The position numbers were made by a program, and so were the translations under genes. From assembly GCA_963514005.1 (NCBI GenBank), contig OY740783.1:6324001-6388000 (forward strand): a stretch of 64,000 nucleotides of DNA, in the 5' to 3' direction. Below are positions 34,675-49,345 of the stretch, piece by piece. The first letter of the stretch is position 1, and each line of letters begins with the position of its first letter. The notes under the pieces are model-generated. The model ran no database searches. It worked only from the letters and a program-made list of their open reading frames with translations, and was not told the origin of the DNA. The DNA is from Raja brachyura (lineage: Eukaryota).

Positions 34675-35440
34675 TGCCCGAGAGGGGGCGCTGTCCTGTA
34701 TGGTATGGCTGCCCAGCCTGCAGCTGTTTGTCTTTCACTCTTTTTTTTATTTTTAGTGAGTTAAAGTGTTTTGTTTGGAGTCTATTCTTTTTTATGTTGG
34801 GGGTGGGGTGGGGGGGGAAGAGGGAAATGACTTTTCCTGGTCCCTACCTGGTCGGAGAGGCAGCTTTTCTCCGGGCTGCACCTTCGACCCGTCTTCGCTG
34901 CCTACCAACGGGTCTGGAGCGACCTGGAGTTTCCTGAGGAGACTGCCCAGAACCTCGGCTTCGGCAGCAGCATAGCGCTGGAGCGGAGCGGGTGATGCCT
35001 TGCCTGGGTCGCCGCGCTGGAACTCCGGTGCGCTGAAGACCGCCAAAAAAAGCATCGCGGAGCTGCGGGTCTGTGGAGTGGCCAGCTGTGGGCGGCGGCG
35101 CTGAACTTTACATCGAGAGCCAGTGGGGGAGCTCCATTCAGCACGGCTTTGTTGGCTTCGGAAGCCGCGGACTCCGGTAAGGAAGCGGCCGTTCCAGGTG
35201 TCCCAAGCCGCTGAGGATTCTCCCGATGCCGGAGCACCATCACCCGGCGAGAACGACCTGGAACATCGGGCCTCCGTTAAGGCGACTGCGGAGGCCTCAA
35301 TAGGCCTGACTATGGGTGGACATGGGATGGGGACTGGGCATTGTGCCTTCTCTCATAATGGGAACCATTGTGGGGGAATTTATTTAATGTTTAAAATCTC
35401 TTTATTATTGTTATGTCTCTATTCTTTTCTATGTGCTGTA
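34675..35440. other. GC/CpG-rich unclassified insertion within CR1
   Basis: CR1 sequence breaks at ~34670 and resumes at ~35440; the insert is GC-rich and has no recognisable coding motif. Confidence 0.55.
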
Positions 35441-35699
35441 GTCCATCAGGCCCAGGGGATTTATCATCCTTCAGTCCCATTCGCCTACCCTATACTATTT
35501 CTCGTACTATTACCCTATACTGATGCAGACCATCAGGCCCAGGGGATTTATCATCCTTCAGTCCCATTCGCCTACCCTATACTATTTCTCGTCTAATGAA
35601 AATTTCTTTCAGCTCCTCGACCCCCTTAGATCCTCTGTCCTCCACTACATCTGGGAGATTGTTTGTGTCTTCCTTAGTAAAGACAGATCCAAAGTACCT

Positions 35700-38600
35700 G
35701 TCATCCGGGGAATTAACCTTGTAAACCTACGCTGCACTCCCTCAATAGGAAGAATATCTTTTCTCAAATTAGGGGACCAAAACTGCATATAATACTCCAG
35801 GTGTGGTCTCACTCGGGCTCTGTACAACTGCAGAAGGACCTCTATGCTCCTATATTCGATTCATCTTGTTATAAAGGACAACATGCCATTCACTTTCTTC
35901 ACTGCCTGCTGTACCTGCATGCTTACTTTCATAGACTGATGTACAAGGACCCCCAGATCCCGATGTACTTCCCCTTTTCCAAACTTGACGCCATTTCGAT
36001 AGTAATCTGCCTTCCTGTTTTTGCTACCAAAGTGGATAACCTCACATTTATCTGCATTAAACTTCATCTGCCATGCATCTGCCCACTCCCCAACCTCTCC
36101 CAGTCACCCTGCATTCTCATAGCATCCTCCTCACAGTTCACACTGCCACCCAGCTTTGTGTCATCTGCAAATTTGCTAATGTTAGTTTGAATCCCTTCAA
36201 CCAAATCATTGATGTAAATTGTAAATAACTGCGGTCCCAGCACCGAGCCTTGTGATACACCACTAGTCACTGCCTGCCATTCTGAAAGGGACCCGTTAAT
36301 CCCTACTCTTTGTTTCCTGTCTGCCAACCACTTCTCTATCCATGTCAGCTCTATACCCCCTATACCATGTGCCCTAAATTTGTCCACTATTCTCCTATGT
36401 GGGACCTTATTAAATGCTTTCTGAAAGTCCAGGTACACTACATCCACTGGCTCTCCCTTGTCCACTTTCCTAGTTACATCCTCAAAAAATTCCAGAAGAT
36501 TAGTCAAGCATGATTTCCCCTTCGGAAATCCATGCTGACTCGGACCGATCCTGTTACTGCTATCCAAATGTGCGGCTATCTCATCTTTTATAATTGACTC
36601 CAGCATCTTCCCCACCACCGATGTCAGGCTAACAGGTCTATACTTCCCTTTTTTTTCTCTCCTGCCTTTCTTAAAAAGTGGGATAACATTAGCTACCCTC
36701 CAATCCACAGGAACTGATCCTGAGTCTATAGAACATTGGAAAATTATCACCAATGCATCCACGATTTCTAGAGCCACTTCCTTAAGTACCCTGGGATGCA
36801 GACCATCAGGCCCTGGGGATTTATCAGCCTTCAGACCCATCAGTCTATCCAACACCATTTCCTGTATAATGTGGATTTCCTTCAGTTCCTCCTTCACCCC
36901 AGATCCTCTGGCAACTTCTATATCAGGAAGATTGGTTGTGTCCTCCTTAGTGAAGACGGATCCAAAGTACCTGTTCAACTCATCTGCCATTTCCTTGTTC
37001 CCCATAATAAATTCACCTTTTTCGGTCTTCAAGGGTCCAACTTTGGTTTTAAATAATTTTTTCCTCTTCACTTACCTAAACAAGCTTTTAATATCCTCCT
37101 TTATATTCTTGGCTAGCTTACCTTCGTACCTCATCTTTTCTCCCTGTATTGCCTTTTTAGTTATCTTCTGTTGCCCTTTAAACATTACCTAATCCTCTTG
37201 TTTCCGGCTCATCTTTGCTACGTTGTACTTCTTTGCTTTAATTTTTATACTGTCCCTGACGTCCCTTGTCAGCCATGGTCGTCCCTTTCTCCCCTTGGAA
37301 TCTTTCTTCCTCATAGGAATGAACTGATCCTGCACCTTCTGTATTATTGCTAGAAACAACTGCCATTTCTGTTCCACTGTCATCCCTGCTAGTGTATCTT
37401 TCCAGTCAACTTTGGCCAGCTCCTCCCTCATGGCCCCATAGTCCCCTTTATTCAACTGCAACACTGACACCTCCGATCTACCCTTCTCCCTCCCCAATTG
37501 TAGATTAAACCTGACCATGTTATGGTCACTGCCTTCTAATGGCTCATTAACCTCGAGGTCCTTTATGCAATCCGGTTCATTACATAACACTAAATCCAGA
37601 ATTGCCTTCTCCCTGGTAGGCTCCAATACAAGCTGTTCTAAGAATCCATCACAAAGGCACTCTGCAAAGTCCCTTTCTTGGGATCCAGTACCACCCTGAT
37701 TTTCCCAGTCTACCTGCATGTTGAAATCTCCCATAACACCCACAGCATTAATTTTGCTACATGCCAATTTTAACTCCTGATTCAACTTGCGCCCTATGTC
37801 CAGGCTACTGTTTAGGGGCCTTTAGATTAGTCCCATTAGGGTATTTTTACCCTTACAATTTCTTAGTTCTATCCATACTGACTCCACATCTCCTGTTTCA
37901 ATCTCACCCCTCACAAGGGACTGAATTTCATTTCTCACCGACAGGGCAACCCCACCCCCTCTGCCCACCTGTCTGTCTTTTCGATAGGAGGTATACCCTT
38001 GAATATTCAATTCCTAGCCCTGGCCCTCTTGCAGCCATGTCTCAGTAATTCCCACAACATCATACTTGCCAATTTCTAACTGAGCCTCAAGCTCGTCCAC
38101 TTTATTCCTTATACTTCGCGCATTCATATACAACACTTTGACCTCCGCATTCACTTCCCACCTCGCACCGCTCGTAATTGGCCCCGACCTTACTCTGTTG
38201 TCCATTCTCGAACTTTCCTTCCCATTAATTCGAGAATCTTTTATAATTTTTCATGTAGTCACTTCCCATTCAAATCCATCTTTATACTCCCAATTTGTCA
38301 ATCCCTCCCCCCCACTATTTAATTTAAACCCACACGTGTAGCCCTAGCAAACCTACCTGCCAGAATGTCGCCCCCCCCCCTCCAGTTAATATGTACCCCG
38401 TCCCTTTTGTACAGGTCACCACTACCCCAGAAGAGATCCCAGTGCTTCTTAAATCTAAATCCTTGCTCCTTGCTCCAGCCCCTCAGCCACACATTCAGAT
38501 CCCCCATCTCCCTGTTCCTGTCCTCATTAGCACGTGGTACTGGATGCAATCCAGAGATAACCACCCTGGAAGTCCGGCATTTCAGGGGCTGAGGAGGGAA

Positions 38601-39960
38601 GACAAGGATAGTGTTAAAGCCAAAGAAGAAGGGCAACGTCATGCTGGAGAACCTCCTTCCTCTTCTTCCCGATGTCTTATTTTACTAGAATGTTGCCTGG
38701 GTTCCAGCAACTAAGTTACAGAGAAAGGTTGAACGTTAGGTCTTTATTCTTTGGAGCGCAGAAGGTTGAGGGGGGAATTGTTTGAGGTCTTTAAAATGAT
38801 GAAAGGGATAGACAGAGTTGACCTGGATAAGCTTTTCCCATTGAGGGTAGGGTAGATTCAAACAAGAGAGCATGACATGAGAATTACGGGACAGAAGTTT
38901 AGGGGTAACATGAAGGGGAACTTCTTTACTCAGGGAGTGGTGGCTGTATGGAATGATTTTCCAGCAGAAGTGGTGGAGGCAGGATCAATTTTAACATTTA
39001 AAAGTAAAGTGGATAGGTATATGGATGGGAAGAAATGGAGGGGTATGGTCTGACCGCAGGTAGATTGGACTAGGGGAAAATAAATGGTCGGCACGGACTG
39101 GGAGGGCCGAGAAGGCCTGTTTCCGTGCTGTAATTGTTATATGGTTATATGGTTATATGGTTTGTGCCTACGTGCACAACTACTGCCGGCTGTTCACCTT
39201 CTCTCTCTCGAGGATGTTCTGAATTTGGCTTGTGACATCCTGAACCCTGGCACCAGGGAGGCAACAGACCATCCTCGCGTCTCGTCTTCCACCACAGAAT
39301 CTCCTGTCTGCTCCTTGGACAATGGAGTCACCCACCACTAGGGCTGCCCGACGTCGGTCTCGCCGGTCGAGTCCCATCTCTAGGATTGGAGCCACCAACA
39401 CAGACTGGAAGCATCGTCTCCCCCGACAGTTCCCAAGAGGGCGTACCTGTTTTCATTAGGCACAGCCACCTGGGTCTTCTACACTCCACGGTTTCCACCC
39501 TTTCCCTCCGTCACACACCTTGGTTCTTCCCGTATCCTCGGCGTGACAACCTCACTGTAGGTCCTGTCCAGGAAACTCTCATTTTCCCCGGATGGCCATG
39601 ATGTCATCCAGCTGCTTCTCCAGTGCCCAACATGGTCCTTTAGGAGCTGAAGCTGGACGCACTTGCCACAGTTGTAGCAGCCAGAGGCTCCATCTGTGCC
39701 CCTGGGCTCCTACATTCTGCAAGCCTCACACTGTCTTATCTGTCCCGACATGTGTTCACCGTGCTCCGTCCTCTCGATCTTTATGCGTAGCCTCCTCTCC
39801 TCAGCCTCCTCGCCGAAGGCTCTCGCGCCAAAGACTCACACTTTTCTCACAAGGCCGCTCCCTCACTGCCGCTCCCAAAGAGCCGTCTTGCTTATATTAA
39901 CTGATAAATTGCCTAATTTACCAATTTATCAACCAAATTCCTCAGTTTTCCCCCTCTGAC
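35700..39960 (-). mobile_element. Long decayed CR1 (5' UTR, ORF1 esterase, APE endonuclease, RT), with a nested + strand CR1 3' fragment at ~38680-39160
   Basis: GDSIV..VCCLPGARVQD (ORF1); YMNARSIRNK..GITETWL, MGDFN, SDHN (APE); RT in 36064-37071. Confidence 0.9.
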
Positions 39961-40224
39961 TCACCTCCCACTCGGGCACGAGCCAATCATTGCTTTTTCC
40001 TGCTTCTCTTTGCTGCTGTTTCTTCAGAATTAACGGAAGATCTGAATTAAGTCTGCCTGAGCATTGCCTCTCATTTTAAATTGTTTTCACCCCCTGACTC
40101 ACTTCTAACTCTCCTCGCACTCGGGCTAGAGCCAACCACTGATTTTTCCTGCTTCTCTTTGCTGCTGTTTCTTCCAATTCCATGGGAGCTCTGAGTTAAG
40201 TCTGCCTATGCCTTGCCTATACCT

Positions 40225-42864
40225 ATAGATTGGGCTAACTAATTTGGTAACAGTGCTGACGAGGAGGATTTTCAGGAATGTGTATGGGATGGATTTTTAA
40301 ACCAATATGTAGTGGAACCAACTTGAGGGCCGGCCATCCTAGACTGGGTACTGTGTAACGAGGAAGGATTCATTAGAAATCTTGTTGTGCAAGGCCCCTT
40401 GGGCAACCGTGACCATAATATGGTGGAATTCCACATTAGAATGGAGATGGACACTGTTAGTTCAGAGGCGAGGGACCTGGAATTGAATAAAGGAGACTTT
40501 GAAGGTATGAGACGGGAACTGGCTAGAATGCACTGGCAAATTATAGTTAAAGGGTTGACAGTGGAGATGCAATGGCGAAGATTTAAAGAACGCTTGGATA
40601 AACGCCATAAATTGTTAGAGTCACAGTCATAGATTGATACAGGGTGGAAAATAGGCCCTTCGGCCCAACTCGCCCATATTGGCCAACAATGTCCCAGCTA
40701 CACTAGTCCCACTTGCCTGTGCTTGGTCAATATCCGTCCAATCCTGTCCAAATATATACCAGTCTAACTGTCTCTAAAACAATGGGATAGTCCCAGCCTC
40801 AACTACCCCCTCTGTCAGCTTATTCCATACACCCACCACCCTTTGTGTGAGAAAGTTACCCCTCAGATTCCTGATAAATCATTTCCACTTCACCTTGAAC
40901 CTATGTCCTCTGGTCCTCGATTCCCCCACTCTGGGCAAATTGTTGGTGCATCTTCCCGATCTATTCCTCTCATGATTTTGTACACCTCTAAAAGATCTCT
41001 ATTAAATTCTTAAGGGGTTGGACAGGCTAGATGCAAGAAGATTGTTCCCGATGTTGGGGAAGTCCAGAACAAGGGGTCACAGTTTAAGAATAAGGGGGAA
41101 GTCTTTTAGGACCGAGATGAGAAAAACATTTTTCACACAAAGAGCAGTGAATCTATGGAATTCTCTGCCACAGAAGGTAGTTGAGGCCACTTCATTGGCT
41201 ATATTTAAGAGGGAGTTAGATGTGGCCCTTGTGGCTAAAGGGATCAGGGGGTATGGAGAGAAGGCAGGTACGGGATACTGAGTTGGATGGTCAGCCATGA
41301 CCATATTGAATGGCGGTGCTGGCTCGAAGGGCCGAATGGCCTACTCCTGCTCCTATTATCTATGTTTCTATCTCCCCTCATCATCCTCCTGTGCTCCTTG
41401 GCGAAAAAATAAAACTGCAGAGGCGGCTGAACTGTGGCTGAGGTTGGAAGACAAGAATAGTGTTAAATCCAGGGAAGAGGCTTATAAATTGACCAGAAGA
41501 AGCGTCAAACCAGGGGACTGGGAAAAATTGGGAATTCAACAAAGGGATTAATTAAGAGGGGAGAGCATGAAAGAAAGCTTTGCGGGGTATATCAAAACTG
41601 ACTGTAAAAGTTTATTTAGGTATGTAATAAAAAGGTAAAAATAAAAAGATTAGCAAAGACATATGTAGGTCCTTCACAGTCAGAGACCGGTGAATTTATA
41701 ATTGGAAACAAGGAAATCACAGCACATTTAAACGAGTACTTTGATTCTGTCCTCAAAAAGGAAGACACAAACAATCTCCCATAAAGACTAGAGGACCGAG
41801 GATCTAGTGGAGGGAGGAACAGAAGGGAATCCACATTAGTCAGAAAATGATGTTAGGTAAACTGTTGGGACTGAAGGCAGATAAATCCATAGAGCCTGAT
41901 GGTCTGCATCCCAGAGTCCACAAGGAGGTGGCCCTAGAAAGGTTGGATGCAATAGTGATCATTTTTCACAGTTCTCTCGACTCTGGATCATTTTCTGTGG
42001 ACTGGAGAGAAGCCAATGTAACTGCACTTTTTAAGAAAGGAGGGAGAGAGAAAACGGGGAATTATAGACCAGTTAGCCTCACATCGGTGGTGGGGAAGAT
42101 GCTTGAGTCGATTATGAAAGATGTAAAGCAGCGCATTTGGAAAGCAGTGACGGTATCGGTCAAAGTCAACATGGATTTAAGAAGGGGAAATCATGCTTGA
42201 CTAATCTTTTGGAATTTTCTGAGGATGTAAAAAGTAGAATGGATAAGGGAGCCAGTGGATGTGGTGTATCAGGACTTGCAGAAAACCTTTGACAAAGTCA
42301 TACACAAGAGATTTGTGTGCAAAATTAGAGCTCTTGGTATTGGAGGTAGGATATTGACATGGTCAGAGAACTGGTTGGCAAACAGGAAGCAAGGAGTAGC
42401 AATTAACGGGTCATTTTCAGGCAGTGACTCGTGGGGTGTCGAAAGTGTTAAAGAATGCGTCTACTGGGCTTGTATTCACTGTAATTTAGGATAAGAGGGG
42501 ATCATGTAGACACATATAAAATTCTTAGTTGATTGGACAGGCTAGATGCAAGCATAATGGTCCCGATGTTGGGGGAGTCCAGAAGCAGAAGTCACAGTTT
42601 AAGATTAAGGGATTTCGGACTGAGATGAGGCAAAACCTTTTTCCCCAGAGAGTTGTGAATCTGTAGAATTCTCTGCCACAGAAGGCAGTGGAGACCAGTT
42701 CACTGGATGTTTTCAAGAGTGTGTTAGATTTACCTCTTCGGGTTAAAGGAATCAATGGTTATGGGGAATAGGTCCTCTAGGAGGGTAGTGATTTTGGATG
42801 ATCAGCAATGATCATATTGAATGGCGGTGTAGGCTCCAAGGGCTGAATGGCCTACTCCTGCACC

Positions 42865-42870
<6 letters not shown>
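40225..42870 (+). mobile_element. Older CR1 ORF2 remnant with nested CR1 3' fragments (~40630-41000 -, ~41003-41372 +)
   Basis: APE/RT fragments with stops and frameshifts; CR1 3' end at ~42800-42865, followed by (TAA)n. Confidence 0.8.
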
Positions 42871-42904
<34 letters not shown>

Positions 42905-44489
42905 CTTTATTGATCCCCTCAGAGAAATTCAGAAATATTTTCCTGTGGAACATTTTCTATATTTCTACCTTTCTATGTTTCAAAACAAAAAAACTGAGAT
43001 CGAACGGCCCACTCATGCGATTGTTCGGTTACCGTTTGTCTACCTATGTTATAGCAAATTCATTTTAATTTGCTGACATATTGACCAGATTCCCCGTGTC
43101 TTCTACACGTCTACTGTTGTACATTAAATCAAAGTGGGGAAAACTAAATTAACTTAATACACCCTCATACTTCCCTCTAATTGTTTGTGTTTATGTGGCT
43201 CTGCACAGATGGTCCTTATTATCATAAGAGTGCGCATGGAATAAATGATAAAATGACTAATAGCACAAGGAAGGAATGCGTTAAGATTCTGCTGAACCAG
43301 ATTAACCCCCCTCTTTTATATTTTCTGTGGCGATATTGTGATCGATGGGCAAGAGCTCACCATGTAACTGAAAGGAAACACCTGTGTCGACCGTGCTGCT
43401 AAATTAATCAGACGTTTTTGGTCTGCTGCTCAAACACTGAAAACTCTGATGGTGAATTACAATTAACAAAGATAAAAAAACTACCTCACAATCCATATCT
43501 AGCAAAAACTTCCAGCTACCAATCTTATTGGTTACATGCTGCATCATTTCGATTAAATTGTCAAGAATATCAATTTTGATCATGTATATCCCGGGTACTG
43601 TGTTTGATTGTGATCAGCTATCACGTGTACAGTGGGCATCGATGTCTCTTGGATTCTGTATGGACTCTGTTTAGAGATTATCTGACACACAGTTATAAGG
43701 TAGTTCATATAGTGGGTATGATTGCTAGTCACACACCACACAGATAGTGCCCCGAGTAAAAATTAGATTAGATTAGATTAGATTCCTTTATTGTCATTCA
43801 GACCTTACGGTCTGAACTAAATTGTTACCATACGGTCATACATATAATAAAAACAAAACACACAATAAACACATATCCAACATCGACCACAATTAGTTCA
43901 CCAGGCACCTCCTCACTGTGGTGGAAGGCAAAAGGCAAATGAGTAAAATACCGAATGGATGCTCATTATCTTCCAGCTCAGCGAAGGCCAGAGGTGTCCA
44001 CATTGTGTCACTTTGCACCCTGAAGCTGAACATATGAAGTGAACTCTTCTGCATGAAGGTCACTGGGTGATATAATGTAGGCGTGTGTGAAAATGTAAAA
44101 CATATCTGGGATGATCAGTGGGGTCCGAATTCCATGTTCCATGTACTTTAGCCAGAGGACACAGACATTAAACAAATCGACCAATGCTGCGATCCATGTG
44201 TACCCCCGCGTATTTTCCTGCGCCAGTCATCTCTTTCTGACTATTGAGTGCGGTAGAAATACTCCTTTGGCGCATGCACTGCCATGCCCTTATGTTAAAC
44301 CAATCAACCTCTATGATTTAATTGTCAATTAATTTATATTTCGCTTTGTTTTAGTAAATTAATGCACCGCAATACAACGATACAATGATTCAATGATACT
44401 TTATTGCCACGTGCAGCTAGGTACAGTGAAATTCTTTATTTTTGGATTCAATCCAGTAAAATCACACGGCAGACCTCACCTAAGTCCTA

Positions 44490-44978
44490 GAGAGAGTACA
44501 GAGGAGATTTACTAGAATGTTGCCTGGGTTCCAGCAACTAAGTTACAGAGAAAGGTTGAACAAGTTAGGTCTTTATACTTTGGAGCGCAGAAGGTTAAGG
44601 GGGGACTTGATTGAGGTCTTTAAAATGATGAAAGGGATAGACAGAGTTGACGTGGATAAGCTTTTCCCATTGAGGGTAGGGAAGATTCAAACAAGAGGGC
44701 ATGACATGAGAATTAAGGGACAGAAGTTTAGGGGTAACACGAGGGGGAACTTCTTTACTCAGAGAGTGGTGGCTGTGTGGAATGATCTTCCAGCAGAAGT
44801 GGTGGAGTAGGATCGATTTTAACATTTAAAAGTAAAGTGGATAGGTATATGGACGGGAAGGGAATGGAGGGGTATAGTCTGAGTGCAGGTAGATGGGACT
44901 AGGGGAAAATAAATGGTCGGCACGGACTGGAAGGGCCGAGAGGGCCTGTTTCCGTGCTGTAATTGTTATATGGTTATA
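44490..44978 (+). mobile_element. CR1 3' fragment (TTATATGG-tail family)
   Basis: ORF 44517-44810 nearly identical to 28969-29355; absent from the paralogous site at ~58670. Confidence 0.9.
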
Positions 44979-45334
44979 AGTAATGCACAAAGTGCCGCCA
45001 TGTTTCTGGCAGCGAAAATTGTCTATTGAACTGACATCGATGACAGTTCAGTCAAAAGTCAAATTCTTTGCACCGATAGAACCCGTCCTTGATTTAACCA
45101 TTTAATCACAGCTAAGTATTATCGGTATATCCGCTGGAGTCACTTTGGGGGCAATGACACCACTGGTAAATACATGGTTATCTCCGTGAACATTGTTCGT
45201 TCAAATTCTACAAGAGCAGAGGAATGTACTGCTCATATACTGAGCAGAGCCCCCACAATTGTTTTTCAAACAAATATTATAGGGGAGGGTAACCCTTGAC
45301 GAAGCCCAGTGCTAACGTGGATCTTGGACAAGCA

Positions 45335-48300
45335 GCAATCAAAGAGAAGCAGGGAGAAGAGCTTATTGGCTGAAACCCGTGGGAAAGGTGAGTAAGTCAC
45401 AGGGGAAAAACAGTTTAAAACTGAGGAATTTGGTTTGTACATTGGTAAATTAGGCAATTTATCAGTCAATATGAGTAAGCTGCTCTCGGGGAGTGGCAGT
45501 GAGGAAAGTCTGAATTTTTGGCTCGATAGTCTTTGGAGAGGAGGCTACGCAAAAAGCTGGAGAGGACGAGACGCAGCAAGATGAAACATAGAAAATAGAT
45601 GCAGGAGGAGGCCATTCGGCCCTTCGACCCAGCTCCGTCATTCATTGTGATCATGGCTGATCGTCCCCAATCAATAACCTGTGTGTGCCTTCTCCCCATA
45701 TTCCTTGACTCCACTAGCCCCCAGAGCTCTATCTAACTCTCTCTTAAATCCATACAGTGATTTGGCCTCCACTGCCCTCTGTGGTAGGGAATTCCATAAA
45801 TTCACAACTCTCTGGTTGAAAACGTTTTTTCTCACCTCATTCTTAAATGGCCTCTCCTTTATTCTAAGTCTGTGGCCCCTGGTTCTGGACTCGCCCAACA
45901 TTGGGAAAAATGTTCCTGCTTCTAGCTTTTTCAGTCCTTTTATAATTTTATATGTTTCTATAAGATTCCCCCTCATCCTTCTAAACTCCAGTGAATACAA
46001 GCCGAGTCTTTTCAATCTTTCCTCATATGACAGTCCCGCCATCCCAGGGATCAATCTTGTGAACCTACGCTGCACTGAACCTATGAGACAGTGTGATGTT
46101 TACAGGATGTGGGAGCCCAGGGACACGGATGGAGCCTCTGGCTGCTAAAACTGTGGCAAGCGCATCCAGGTTCAGCTCCTGAAGGATCATATTGGGGTAC
46201 TGGAGAAGCAGCTGGATGACCTCAGGGCCATCCGGGAAATTGAGAGTTTCCTGGAAAGGACCTACAGTGAGGTTGTCACGCCGAGGATACGGGAAGAACC
46301 AAGGTGTGTGACGGAGAGACAGGATGGTAACCGTGGAGTGCAGGAGACCCAGGTGGCTGTGCCTAATGAAAACAGGTACGCCCTCTTGTGAACTGTCAGG
46401 GGAGACACTGCTTCCAGTCCGAGCGGCGGACATGTCGGTGGCTCCAATCCTAGAGATGGGACTCAACCAGCGACGGGCAAAGCCCTAGTGGTGTGGGACT
46501 CCATTGTCCGAGGAGCAGACAGGAGATTCTGTGGCGGCAGACGAGACACGAGGATGGTCTGTTGCCAGGGTTCAAGATGTGACGAGCTGAATTCAGAACA
46601 TCCTCGAGAGAGAAGGTGAAAAGCCGGCAGTAGTTGTGCACGTCGGCACAAACGACATCGGGAAGAAGAGGAAGGAGGCTGGGAAGAAGACTGAAATGCC
46701 GGACTTCTCGGGTGGTTATCTCTGGGTTGCATCCAGTACCTCGTGCTAGTGAGGACAGGAACAGGGAGATAGGGGATCTGAATGTGTGGCTGAGGGGCTG
46801 GAGCAGGGAGCAAGGATTTAGATTCATAGACCACTGGGATCTCTTCTGGGGTAGGGGTGACCTGTACAAAAGGGACGGGTTACACCTTAACTGGAGGGGG
46901 ACCGACATTCTGGCAGGCAGGTTTGCTAGGGCCACACGTGTGGGTTTAAATTAAATAGTGGGTTGGGGGGGGATTGACAAATTGGGAGTATAAAGATGGA
47001 ACTGAAGGGGAAGTGAGTATAGGAAAAATTACAAAAGATTCTTGGATTAATGGGAAGGAAAGTTCGAGAAGGGATAAAAGAGTATGGTTAGGGCCAATTA
47101 CGAGCGGTGCGAGGGGGAACATGTATACGGAGGTCAAAGTGTTGTATATGAATGCACGAAGATTTGAATTAAAGTGGATGAGCTTGAAGCTCAGTTAGAA
47201 ACTGGCACGTATGATGTTGTGGGAATTACTGAGACATGGCTGCAAGAGGGCCAGGGCTGGGAACTGAATATTCAAGGGTATACCTCCTATCGAAAAGACA
47301 GACAGGTGGGCAGAGGGGGTGGGGTTGCCCTGTTGGTGAGGAATGGAATTCAGTCCCTTGCGAGGGGTGAGATTGAAACAGGAGATGTGGAGTCAGTATG
47401 GATAGAACTGTGGAATTGTAAGGGTAAAAATACCCTAATGGGACTTATCTACAGGCCCCCAAACAGCAGCCTGGACATAGGGCGCAAGTTGAATCAGGAG
47501 TTAAAACTGGCATGTAGTAAAACTAATGCTGTGGTTGTTATGGGAGATTTTAACATGCAGGTAGACTGTGAAAATCAGGTTGGTACTGGACCCCAAGAAA
47601 GGGACTTTGTAGAGTGCCTTTGTGATGGATTCTTAGAGCAGCTTGTATTGGAGCCTACCAGGGAGAAGGCAATTCTGGATTTAGTGTTATGTAACAAGCT
47701 GGATTTAATAAAGCAACTTGAGGTTAATGAGCCATAAGAGGTAGTGACCATAACATGGTCAGGTTTAATCTACAATTGGAGAGGGAGAAGGGTAGATCGG
47801 AGGTGTCAGTGTTACAGTTGAATAAAGGGGACTATGGGGCCATGAGGGAGGAGCTGGCCAACGTTGACTCGAAAGATACACCAGCAGGGATGACAGTGGA
47901 ACAACAATGGCAGGTATTTATAGGAATTAAACAGAAGGTGCAGGATCAGTTCATTCCTAGGAGGAAGAAAGATTCCAAGGGGAGTAAGGGGTGACCGTGG
48001 CTGACAAGGGACATCAGGGACAGTATAAAAGTAAAAGAAAAGAAGTACAACATAGCAAACTTGAGCGGGAAGTAAGAGGATTGGGGAATGTTCAAAGAGC
48101 AATAGAAGATAACTAAAAAGGCAATACGGGGAGAAAAGATGAGGTACGAAGGTAAGCTAGCCACGAATATAAAGGAGGATACTAAAAGCTTATTTAAGTA
48201 TGTGAAGAGGAAAAAATTAGTTAAGACCAAAGTTGGACCCTTGAAGACCGAAAAAGGTGAATTTATTATGGGGAACAAGGAAATGGCAGATGAGTTGAAC

Positions 48301-49345
48301 AGGTACTTTGGATCCGTCTTCGCTAAGGAGGACACAAACAATCTTCCTGATATAGTAGTGGCCAGAGGATCTGGGGTGACGGAGGAACTGAAGGGAATCC
48401 ACATTGGTCAGGAAATAGTGTCAGGTAAACTGCAGGGACTGAAGGCAGATGATCTGATGATCTGCATCCCAGAGTACTCAAGGAGGTGCCCGGAGAAATC
48501 GTGGATGCTTTGGTGATCATTTTTCACTGTTCGCTCAACTATGGATCCGTTCCTGTGGACAGGAGAGTCGCCTTTTTAAGAAAGGAGTGAGAGAGAAAAC
48601 GGGGATTTATAGACCAGTTAGCCTTACATCGGTAGTGGAGTAGATGCTGGAGTCCATTATTATAGAAATTATAGCAGCGCATTTGGAAAGCAGTGACAGG
48701 ATCGGTCAAAGTCATCATGGATTTATGAGGAGGAAATCATGTTTGATTAATCTTTTGGGATTTTTTTTGAGGATGTAACAAGTAGAATGGATAAGGGGGA
48801 TCCAGTGGATGTGGTTTATCTGAACTTGCAAAAAGCCTTTGACAAGGTCCCACAAAAGAGATTAGTGTGCAGAATTAGAGCACATGGTTTTGGGGGAAGG
48901 GTATTGACATGGAAAGAGAGCACGGCTTGGTGCTGGGATCCCCGTTGTTTACAATATATGTTAACGATTTAGACGAGGGAATTAAATGTAACAACTCTAA
49001 GTTTGCGGGTGACACAATGCTGGGTGACAATGTGGGCTGCGAGGAGGATGCTATGAGGCTGCAGGGTGACTTGTATATGTTGGGTGAGTGGGACGATGCA
49101 TGGCAGATGCAGTATAATGTGGATAAATATGAGGTTATCCACTTTGCTGGCAAAATCAAGAAGGCAGAATATTACCTGAATGGTGTCAGATTAGGAGAAG
49201 GGGAGGTGCAACAAGACCTGGCTGCGCTTGTACATCAGTCACTGAAAGTAAGCATGCAGGTACAGCAGGCAGTGAAGAAGGCAATTGGCATATTGGCATA
49301 TTAGGACCATTAGGAGGTCCTACTGGAGTTGTATGGAGCCCTGGT
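45335..49345 (+). mobile_element. CR1 5' UTR-ORF1-APE portion (to ~48410) joined to an older CR1 RT remnant; nested minus CR1 3' piece at 45585-46077
   Basis: VHVGTND and DGLHLN ORF1 motifs; APE ORF 47174-47737; same subfamily as 35700-39960 in the opposite orientation. Confidence 0.85.
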
